Assembly: GCA_965112635.1 (NCBI GenBank)
Contig: OZ218778.1
Location: 1,845,807-1,909,806, forward strand
Direction of reading: 5' to 3'
Origin: an uncultured bacterium
Lineage (GTDB): Bacteria; Oederibacteriota; Oederibacteriia; Oederibacteriales; Oederibacteriaceae
Length of the DNA stretch: 64,000 nt
Part shown: in pieces, positions 45,932 to 53,754 of the stretch
How positions within the stretch are numbered: the first letter of the stretch is position 1
Layout of the letters: every line of letters starts with the position of its first letter
The notes under the pieces: generated by a model
The model's input: only the letters and a program-made list of their open reading frames with translations
What the model was told of the DNA's origin: nothing
The model's database searches: none
Made by a program: the position numbers and the translations under genes

Positions 45932-47473
45932 ATGCAAACTCTCATCAGGGCATGTTTTGCTGTGGCATCAGGTATTTTGCTGGGCTTGAGTTTTCCCAAT
46001 ATTATAACCCCTGAATTCAGCGGTTGGACCTCCTGGCTGGTGTGGGTCGCCCTTATCCCGCTTCTTTTGATCCTGGAAAAGGGAAAAGCCCGCCAGGCTT
46101 TTTGCTTTGGATGGCTGGCGGGATTTGTTTATTTTTTCCTGTCCCTCTATTGGATCAGCCAAGTCCAGGAGTTGCAGGAATTTGCCTGGCCCGGCCTGTT
46201 GGCCCTGGCCCTCTATCTCGGTTTATATGTGGCCGTGTGGTGTTGGGCGGTGGTCTTCATAGAAAGGAACCTTGGTTTTTGGAGCTGGCTCATGGCCCCA
46301 TTCCTGTGGGCTTTGCTTGAATTCTGCCGGACCTATTTTTTAACGGGCTTTGCATGGAATACCCTGGCTAGTTCCCAATATTCCCAAAAGTTCCTGCTGC
46401 AGGTTGTTAATTTGACGGGGCAGGGAGGGCTCAGCGCTTTTATAGTCTTTTGCAATATAGCCCTTTATTTTTTGTGGCTTGATATCAAATACAAACATAG
46501 GGGCATAGGCGTCAGCTTATGCCTGGCTTGCCTGGTGCTGTTTTTGGGTTTGTTCTCTTACGGGGTTTATTTTGTTCTGATGTCTCAGACCGGGAAAACT
46601 TGCAGGGTGGCGGTCGTCCAGGGAAATATCGACCCTTCGGTTAAATGGAATAAGGAATTGTATGACCGGACCCTTTCGGTTTACCAGCGTTTGACCCTAG
46701 AGGCCGCGAAACAAAGACCCCAATTGATCGTTTGGCCAGAAACGGCCATTCCCGTTGTGCTTTTGTCCGACCCGCAGACCCTGGCCTGGTTAAGAAACCT
46801 GGCTAAAGAGTGCAAAATCCCCCTTTTGGTAGGCAGTTGCGATATCGCCAATCCTCTGGAAGCAAAGCCTGACCATGCGCAGTATTTGAATACGGCTTTT
46901 TTGGTCTCTCCAGACGGGGACATTTTGGGCCGCTATGACAAGATCCACCTGGTCCCTTTTGGCGAATTTATCCCTTTCAAGGATTATTTCCCTTATATCC
47001 AAAAAATAGCCGGCGGTTTTGGCGAGTCAGCGCCGGGCCGGGAGGCCAAGACCCTGGCTGTTGAGGGCAATTCTTTTGGCGTTCTGATATGTTTTGAAAC
47101 CATTTTCCCGGAGCTTTCCAGGTCGTTCGTCCGCCAAGGCGCTTCGTTTTTGGTGAGCATCACCAACGATGGATGGTACGGCTGGACGGCAGCTGCCTAT
47201 CAGCATGCCTCTTTTGCAGTGTTGAGGGCGGTAGAGAACGGCGTACCTCTGGCCAGGGCGGCCAATACCGGCGTTTCATTGGTCATCGACCAAAGAGGCA
47301 CGATCTTGGGATTTTTGCCCTTGTGGCAGGAGGGATTCCTGGTAAAAGATATCCGTTTGGGGACTGGTAAAACTTTTTATGCCAATTGGGGTGAATGGTT
47401 CACGGTGGTTTCGATATTGGTGGTCCTGGCCAGTTTTATTTTATATTTTATTCAAAGAGGCAGGAAGAAGTAA
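45932..47473 (+). CDS. lnt: Apolipoprotein N-acyltransferase
   Basis: N-terminal polytopic membrane domain plus C-terminal CN-hydrolase domain (RVAVVQGNI..LIVWPETAIP..HLVPFGEFIPF..ICFETIFPE..ITNDGWYG). Confidence 0.85.
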   Translation: MQTLIRACFAVASGILLGLSFPNIITPEFSGWTSWLVWVALIPLLLILEKGKARQAFCFGWLAGFVYFFLSLYWISQVQELQEFAWPGLLALALYLGLYVAVWCWAVVFIERNLGFWSWLMAPFLWALLEFCRTYFLTGFAWNTLASSQYSQKFLLQVVNLTGQGGLSAFIVFCNIALYFLWLDIKYKHRGIGVSLCLACLVLFLGLFSYGVYFVLMSQTGKTCRVAVVQGNIDPSVKWNKELYDRTLSVYQRLTLEAAKQRPQLIVWPETAIPVVLLSDPQTLAWLRNLAKECKIPLLVGSCDIANPLEAKPDHAQYLNTAFLVSPDGDILGRYDKIHLVPFGEFIPFKDYFPYIQKIAGGFGESAPGREAKTLAVEGNSFGVLICFETIFPELSRSFVRQGASFLVSITNDGWYGWTAAAYQHASFAVLRAVENGVPLARAANTGVSLVIDQRGTILGFLPLWQEGFLVKDIRLGTGKTFYANWGEWFTVVSILVVLASFILYFIQRGRKK

Positions 47474-47474
47474 T

Positions 47475-48518
47475 ATGGCGTTTATAGATGAGGTCAATGC
47501 CCAGCCTGATGTCTTGGAAAACTTGCTCAATTTTTACGAGGGAGCAGAGGGACAAAAAGTCCTTGGGCAAGCTTTCAGGTTGGTCAAAGGGCGGCCTGTA
47601 CGGTCTCTAGTTTTTTTAGGGATGGGCACTTCGTATTATGTCCCACTTTTAATAAGGGGCCAGATCAGTCCTCGTTATGCCGCCGTGATCTGGGATGCCG
47701 GAGAGTTCTTGCACTCTGGCTTGGGTTCGGTCAACAAGGACGACGTGGTTATCGCCATTTCGCAATCCGGTGAGAGCGTAGAAACCAAAAAATGCGTCGA
47801 AGCGCTAAAGAATCACGGGAGGTTGATCGCTTTGACCAATGATCCGGATTCTATCATGGCCAGATTATCTTCCCTGAACCTCCCCCTCATGGCAGGGCAG
47901 GAAGCTTCCATTTCCACAAAAACTTATACCAACTCTATGGCTTTGCTCCTTGTTTTGGCCCAGAGGTTGATGGCGGGTTCCCTGAAGCGGACCTTTAAGG
48001 AGCTTAGAGAGTGCGGCCGGGAAATGAGGCTGTTCTTCGCGCACAATAGAAACCTGATGGCAGAGGCAGGTGAATTTTTAAGAAAGGCGGTTTATCTTCA
48101 TTTTATTGCCCGCGGGCCGTGCAGCGCGGCGGCCCTGCAAGCCAGTTTGACCTGGATGGAAGGTGTTCATCTGGCCAACACGGCCTTTAGCGGCGGCAGT
48201 TTCCGTCATGGGCCTCTGGAAATGGCGGGCAAGGGACATCACGCTGTGGTTTACGCTCCGGAAGGCAAAGAAGGGGAGCTCACCGCTAGTTTGGCGGAAG
48301 AGATCAGCCGAATGGGCAGCAAAGTGGTGCTGTTCTCCGGAGGGAAGAGGAAGAACAAAAAAAATCTCCTGGTCATCCCTGTGCGACCGCCTCAGAACAG
48401 GGTCTTCAGCCTTTCCTGCGCTGTGCCTCAGGAAATGCTGCTGGCTGAAATGGCCCAGGCGAGATCTCTGGTTCCCGGCCATTTTGCCCATATCAGCAAG
48501 GTCACTAGGGTAGAATAA
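47475..48518 (+). CDS. Tandem SIS-domain sugar phosphate isomerase/aminotransferase-like protein (AgaS/GlmS-C-terminal-like)
   Basis: LVFLGMGTSYYVP...VVIAISQSGESVET is SIS motif one; a second SIS half spans ~HFIARGP..; ~347 aa. Confidence 0.6.
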   Translation: MAFIDEVNAQPDVLENLLNFYEGAEGQKVLGQAFRLVKGRPVRSLVFLGMGTSYYVPLLIRGQISPRYAAVIWDAGEFLHSGLGSVNKDDVVIAISQSGESVETKKCVEALKNHGRLIALTNDPDSIMARLSSLNLPLMAGQEASISTKTYTNSMALLLVLAQRLMAGSLKRTFKELRECGREMRLFFAHNRNLMAEAGEFLRKAVYLHFIARGPCSAAALQASLTWMEGVHLANTAFSGGSFRHGPLEMAGKGHHAVVYAPEGKEGELTASLAEEISRMGSKVVLFSGGKRKNKKNLLVIPVRPPQNRVFSLSCAVPQEMLLAEMAQARSLVPGHFAHISKVTRVE

Positions 48519-48552
48519 ACACAGGGGTGAAGCGTGAACAGGAAGGAGAAGG

Positions 48553-49599
48553 ATGAAAATTGAGGCGTTGACCCGGGACGAAGTAAGATCTGTTATTAAA
48601 GGTGAAGCTAAGACGCGGCGTGTCCCCGTTTATGTCCATATTTGGGTGCATACGGAAACTTTTGGAGACCGTGAGCCTGCAGTGAAGGAAATACTCAGCC
48701 GCTATCCCCAAGATGTCCAGCTTGTTTCATTCGTTATGCCGTGGGTGTTCCAGGGACCGAACGACAGGCCTGACTACAAATGGCTGCCTTATGACGATCC
48801 CTACATAGGCCGAACCGTAGCGATCGATGAGCAGATCGCTTTACCCGATTGGAACGATTTGGACTCGATACTCGCCCGTTTTCCCGATCCGGAGTATCCG
48901 AACCTGTTCAAGGGAGCGGAAGCTCCTCCGGACGGCCGCTACAGGCTGGCCCATTGGTGGTTTTGTCTCTTTGAGCGCCACTGGAGCCTGAGAGGGATGA
49001 CCAATGCTTTGTTGGACTATTATGAGCATCCGGCGGAGACGCACCGTCTTTTCCGGGCTCTGACGGACTTTTACTTACGGATCATTGAACGAGCTAAAAA
49101 GGAAAAGGGCTGCGACGGCATCTGGACCTCGGACGACCTGGGGACGCAGACCTCGACTTTCTTCTCGGTCAAGATTTTCCGGGAGTTTTTTAAGCCCTAC
49201 TACACAGAAATAGCCCAAAAGATCCACGATCTGGGCATGGATTTTTGGATGCACGCCTGCGGTTATGTTGAGCCGTTTATCCCGGAATGGATCGAAGCCG
49301 GGCTTGATGTTCTGCACCCGATCCAGAAGCACACGATGGATGAAAAGAAGATCGCCGGGAAATATGGAGACCGTTTGACCATCTTTTCCGGTTTGGATGT
49401 CCAGCGAGTCATCCCTTGGGGGACCCCGCAGGAAGTCCGCGCCGAGGTCAGGTACCTGATGGACACCTTTTGGAGGCCGGGGAAAGGACGCTGCATGATC
49501 ACAGCTGGCAACGGGATCAACCAGGACTGCACCTTGGAGAGCCTGGAGGCGTTCTTGGACGAGGCCGTCCGCTATGGTGCTCAAGTGGCGCTCCGATAA
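48553..49599 (+). CDS. Uroporphyrinogen-decarboxylase (URO-D)-family protein
   Basis: TIM-barrel URO-D-like C-terminal region ...LHPIQKHTMDEKKIAGKYGDRLTIFSGLDVQ...; function uncertain. Confidence 0.45.
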   Translation: MKIEALTRDEVRSVIKGEAKTRRVPVYVHIWVHTETFGDREPAVKEILSRYPQDVQLVSFVMPWVFQGPNDRPDYKWLPYDDPYIGRTVAIDEQIALPDWNDLDSILARFPDPEYPNLFKGAEAPPDGRYRLAHWWFCLFERHWSLRGMTNALLDYYEHPAETHRLFRALTDFYLRIIERAKKEKGCDGIWTSDDLGTQTSTFFSVKIFREFFKPYYTEIAQKIHDLGMDFWMHACGYVEPFIPEWIEAGLDVLHPIQKHTMDEKKIAGKYGDRLTIFSGLDVQRVIPWGTPQEVRAEVRYLMDTFWRPGKGRCMITAGNGINQDCTLESLEAFLDEAVRYGAQVALR

Positions 49600-49694
49600 C
49601 CTTAACGGCCTGGAGTGCCTGGGTTAATTCCTTGAAAAACAACAGTGGGTTTGGTAGATTTTTCAGTTAGATTAATCTAAGGGAGTTCAATAGA

Positions 49695-49769
<75 letters not shown>

Positions 49770-49783
49770 AATTCCATACTATC

Positions 49784-51199
49784 TCACTGGTCGACCATTT
49801 CCGTGACTTCGAGGACTTCCGACAAGGTGGTTACGCCGCTCAAAATCTTTTGGACACCGTCTTCGAACATCGTGACCATGCCGTTTTTGATGGATTCCTC
49901 TTTGATCTTGGAAGCCGTCTCTTTTTCCACCACCAGTTTCCTGATACCTTCGTTCATCTCCAGCAATTCCGAAATGACGGTCCGGCCGCGGAATCCAGTA
50001 TTGAAGCAGTTGCGGCATCCCGGAGCATAAAAGATCTTGTGAGGGGTATGGCCAGTCACTAAAAAGGCTTTTTTGTCATCCTCGGTGGGGACCGTCTCTT
50101 TTTTGCAACGCAAACACAATGTCCTGACCAGACGTTGGCTGATGACCGCGCGCAGGGAGCTGGCGATCAGGTAAGGAGGAACTCCCATTTCCACCAGTCG
50201 CACCACGGCCGATGGGGCGTCGTTGGTGTGAATGGTGGAGAAAACCAGGTGGCCGGTCAAAGAGGCCCGAATGGCGATCTCCGCGGTTTCCAGGTCCCTG
50301 ATCTCGCCGACCAAAATGATATCCGGGTCCTGGCGAAGGATGGACCTCAAGGCGTAAGTGAAGTTGAGCCCGATTTCGCTGTGCATCTGTATCTGCGTAA
50401 CGCCTTCGATCTCGTATTCCACGGGATCCTCCACGGTCGTGATGTTCTTAGTGCCCGTGTTGAGGGCCTGCAGGGCGCTATAGAGGGTCGTGGTCTTGCC
50501 GCTGCCCGTAGGGCCGCTCATCAGGATGATGCCATAGGTCTTGCGGATGATCCGCTTCAGGGCGTTCAACATATGAGGATTAAAACCGATATTATCCAAA
50601 CCCACGACCAAAACCCCTTTATCCAAGATACGCAGGACGACTTTTTCCCCGTTGATGGTCGGTGTGACGGCCACCCGGAAGTCTATTTCGCGGTTCTCCA
50701 CTTTGATATGAAAACTGCCGTCCTGGGGCATGCGGCGTTCCATGATATCGAGCTTGGACATGACCTTGATCCTCGAGACAACGCTCGGCGCCAAGGCCAG
50801 CGGCAAGGTCTGCGCGGGCTGCAGGACCCCGTCCACTCGATAGAACACCTTTAAAAATGTTTTGGTCGGGATGATATGGATGTCGCTGGCCCGTCGTAAA
50901 AAGGCTTCCAAAAGGATCAGGTTAACCGACTTGACCACCGTGCTTTTTTCGTTCTCTTCCTGGACCGAGGCGGAAGGCACGGCGAGGTTGTCTATCTCGA
51001 TCCCCAGCCTTTTGGTCAGCGTCACGCCTTTGTCCACCGCCGTGTTCAACATATGCTGGACGATGCTGACCTTGTAATGGTCTTGATATTCCATGAGTTT
51101 TTTCAGGATCTCACCGCGGGAGCCCATGGCCGCTTCAACCGGCCCCTGCAGGATGGCCTGGAGACGGTCCACCGTGTCCATATCCATGGGGTTTTCCAT
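49784..51199 (-). CDS. gspE: Type II secretion / type IV pilus assembly ATPase GspE/PilB family, ATPase and C-terminal Zn-finger portion
   Basis: Walker A GPTGSGKTTTLYS, Asp box, Walker B, His box, tetracysteine CLRCKK...CRNC. The N-terminal GSPII_E_N domain is missing from this ORF and found in the overlapping upstream ORF 51135..51509. Confidence 0.8.
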   Translation of the reverse strand: MENPMDMDTVDRLQAILQGPVEAAMGSRGEILKKLMEYQDHYKVSIVQHMLNTAVDKGVTLTKRLGIEIDNLAVPSASVQEENEKSTVVKSVNLILLEAFLRRASDIHIIPTKTFLKVFYRVDGVLQPAQTLPLALAPSVVSRIKVMSKLDIMERRMPQDGSFHIKVENREIDFRVAVTPTINGEKVVLRILDKGVLVVGLDNIGFNPHMLNALKRIIRKTYGIILMSGPTGSGKTTTLYSALQALNTGTKNITTVEDPVEYEIEGVTQIQMHSEIGLNFTYALRSILRQDPDIILVGEIRDLETAEIAIRASLTGHLVFSTIHTNDAPSAVVRLVEMGVPPYLIASSLRAVISQRLVRTLCLRCKKETVPTEDDKKAFLVTGHTPHKIFYAPGCRNCFNTGFRGRTVISELLEMNEGIRKLVVEKETASKIKEESIKNGMVTMFEDGVQKILSGVTTLSEVLEVTEMVDQ

Positions 51200-51509
51200 G
51201 GCTGACTATGGTGGTATTGTTCTTTTTCTCTATGGGGATCAACACCTTGCTGGAGGCCATATCCTGGGGGACCATGACCACGAGCTCCGGTTCCGGGGAC
51301 AGGTTCTCCACGTCCAGGAAGGTGATCCCCATCGTGGATGCCCTTAATTTAAGCAGCTGCAACTCCTCCAGAAGTCCCAGATGGAGCAAAGCTTCACCAA
51401 AGGGAACTTTTTGTTCTTCCTCGTAATGGTGGACTTCCTCGAGTTGCTGGGAGGTCAGGATTTTCCTGTGGATTATCTCGTTTTGCAGGGCCAGGTCCGC
51501 GGGTTTCAA
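51135..51509 (-). pseudogene. GspE/PilB N-terminal (T2SSE_N) domain fragment, out of frame with the ATPase body
   Basis: LTSQQLEEVHHYEEEQKVPFGEALLHLGLLEELQLLKL...VLIPIEKKNNTTIV matches the N1 domain; the tail HGKPHGYGHGGPSPGHPAGAG is the wrong-frame read of MENPMDMDTVDRLQ. Confidence 0.6.
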
Positions 51510-51662
51510 GAAACAATCTCCTTTTAATTAGAAGGGTGCTAAAAAAGTTCTCCACACTGGACTTTTTCAGATTTATTGAATTGTAAAGCATCGCCAATCC
51601 CTGCGGATTTGCGATGTAACAGGCTGCTAAATGACCCTCTATTAGGGTTTTTCAGCAGCCTG

Positions 51663-52583
51663 TTAGAAATCAACGGTCAAAGAAAAGCGATGGGCCTCGC
51701 CTAAACTGGCATAAGGCACAAAGGCGTAATCAAAATGATAATACATCAAACCCAGTAAAAGGGAATAGCCAAAACCCGTCGTGAACATGAAAGGCAGGGA
51801 GGTCTGCTCGATCAAGCCGAGCCTGACTGCCAGGTCCTGCGCGCCCCAACGGGAGTTGTATTCCAATCCCAGATGGATCCCCAAATCCTGGCCAATGAAA
51901 TCATAGGAGGTTTCAGCGGAGGCCAGAATATTGCGGGGTTGTTTTGTTTCTTCCTGCTGGCCGCCGATGTTTTCCATGAGTTCTCCCAAGGCGAACTTTT
52001 TAGCGATCCCTATCCTCAACAGCAAAGGCAGGGAATATCCGCCGAGCTCGGACCCGAGATTCTGCAGGGTCACGCCCAAGGAAGTTGCTTCGGCAAAAGG
52101 CCGGATGATGCCTCCCACATCAAAAGCGAAGCCGCTAAATCCCGCTCCCACAAAATCTTCGTGCAGCAGTTTAGCCGTGATGCCAGCGTGGAAGATCTTG
52201 GAAAAGGTCGTGCCATAACTTAATTCGCCGAACAAGGCTGAGAAATTGAGGCTGTCCGCGCTGGGCACGAACATGCCCGGCAAAGGGAAGGACGGGTCCG
52301 TGGGCGTCATTTCATCGGCTTTGGAAACAGGGGAGGACCCCAGACGATTAACGCAAATGCTGAGGCCGCTATGGTTGGAAAGGGGCAGGGCATAGGCCGC
52401 GCTGTCAAAACTGGTGCCCAGAAACCAGTTGATATGGGTGAAAGAAAGTTCCTGGAAGGACAGGTCGCCGAGGCCGGCCGGATTCCAATAGGTGGACAAG
52501 GTGCCGCTGGCCACGGCGCAATAGGCGTCCCCCAGACTGGACGGCCGGGAACCGGTGGCTATCAAAAACTCTTCGCCAGCCAC
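51663..52583 (-). CDS. FadL/TodX/PorV-family outer-membrane beta-barrel (cargo-cluster paralog); true N-terminus probably lies upstream (~52667)
   Basis: GSRPSSLGDAYCAVASGTLSTYWNPAGL N-motif; C-terminal ...HRFSLTVDF. The in-frame upstream sequence encodes a signal peptide (KSQAIAFLILFSILTHPLNSFAAG) with no canonical start codon. Confidence 0.65.
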   Translation of the reverse strand: MAGEEFLIATGSRPSSLGDAYCAVASGTLSTYWNPAGLGDLSFQELSFTHINWFLGTSFDSAAYALPLSNHSGLSICVNRLGSSPVSKADEMTPTDPSFPLPGMFVPSADSLNFSALFGELSYGTTFSKIFHAGITAKLLHEDFVGAGFSGFAFDVGGIIRPFAEATSLGVTLQNLGSELGGYSLPLLLRIGIAKKFALGELMENIGGQQEETKQPRNILASAETSYDFIGQDLGIHLGLEYNSRWGAQDLAVRLGLIEQTSLPFMFTTGFGYSLLLGLMYYHFDYAFVPYASLGEAHRFSLTVDF

Positions 52584-52780
52584 TGTGCCTGCCGCGAATG
52601 AATTCAGGGGATGCGTCAGAATAGAAAAAAGGATAAGGAATGCGATGGCTTGAGATTTTTGTGTCGTAGGGCTAACCTCCTAAAATATCGGGTCACTATC
52701 GGCAGAGAACCCAGGTATGGCTAGAGAATAATATTATACTACTGGTAAGAGAAGACCTGACCCAGGTTCACCATCATTCT

Positions 52781-53725
52781 TTAGAAGCTCGCTCCCAGGG
52801 ATATTCTTTGGGCATCACCCAGCTGGTCCATAGGCACAAAAGCGTAATCCAGGGCATATGCGCTGCTGCCGATTTCCAGGGCAAGCCCCACCCCGCAGCT
52901 CAGCAGCAGGTAGCTGCTGGTGGACTTGGCTATACCGCCGCGCAAGGCCAGGATGGTGCTGCCCATCTTAGGGGCCCATTCCAGGCCCAAATGAAACCCA
53001 TAGTCCTGGCTGTTCACCAGGTCGGTCAGGTCCAGGCTGGCCAGAATATCTTTGGCCGCCGTCTTATTCTCCGGGGCTAGGGCCAGCAGCTCCTCAATAT
53101 CCGTATAGCTCATCCTTTTGGCTATTCCGGCCCTGGCCATGAGGGGAAACGCAAACCCGTCCAATCCCGTGCTCATATTCTGCACAACCAGACCGGCTAT
53201 ATCCGTATCCGATAGTCTGACCTGCGCTCCCAGATCTCCTGCAAACCCGGTTGCGCTGTCGTCCAGCAGGTTTTCCTGGATACATTTGACATTGGCGCCG
53301 ACATTGAGCATGGGCAGCAGGCCCCAGCCAAACCCTATTCCGCCCATGATAGACCCTACACTGACCGTCTGGTTTGCAGGAGAGTATTGGCCGGACAAGG
53401 GGTTATCAGGGCTAGGCAATGTTTCATTGGTGACCGTGATGTCCGGGATACCCAGACGGCTTACAAACAGGCTTAACCCACTCTTTTTGCCTATGTTGAC
53501 GGCATAAGCCACAGTATCTAGGGAGATATTCTGCATCCACATCAGGTGGGTCAGGGAGATATCCTGGTATTGGAGTCTAGCCAGGCCAGCCGGGTTCCAA
53601 AAAGGGGCGAGAGCGCCGGTGACCACGGCTGTGTAGGCCTCAGCCATACCGCTGGGACGGGAACCGACCCCCAGCAACAGCTCATCGCCCGCGGTCTCTC
53701 CGGCCCCAAAGCAGTGGCTCACCAA
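52781..53725 (-). CDS. FadL/TodX/PorV-family outer-membrane beta-barrel (second paralog); true N-terminus probably lies upstream (~53785)
   Basis: GSRPSGMAEAYTAVVTGALAPFWNPAGL; C-terminal ...QRISLGASF. In-frame upstream RHYRIDKIITLICLCSLCLVSHCFGAG is a signal peptide lacking an ATG/GTG/TTG start. Confidence 0.65.
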   Translation of the reverse strand: MVSHCFGAGETAGDELLLGVGSRPSGMAEAYTAVVTGALAPFWNPAGLARLQYQDISLTHLMWMQNISLDTVAYAVNIGKKSGLSLFVSRLGIPDITVTNETLPSPDNPLSGQYSPANQTVSVGSIMGGIGFGWGLLPMLNVGANVKCIQENLLDDSATGFAGDLGAQVRLSDTDIAGLVVQNMSTGLDGFAFPLMARAGIAKRMSYTDIEELLALAPENKTAAKDILASLDLTDLVNSQDYGFHLGLEWAPKMGSTILALRGGIAKSTSSYLLLSCGVGLALEIGSSAYALDYAFVPMDQLGDAQRISLGASF

Positions 53726-53754
53726 ACACAGGGAACACAGGCAGATAAGAGTGA

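Noticed and set aside
50135-50854. 239-aa plus-strand ORF
   Set aside because: Antisense to the gspE ATPase core; Arg/Gly/Asp-rich composition typical of GC-rich antisense frames.
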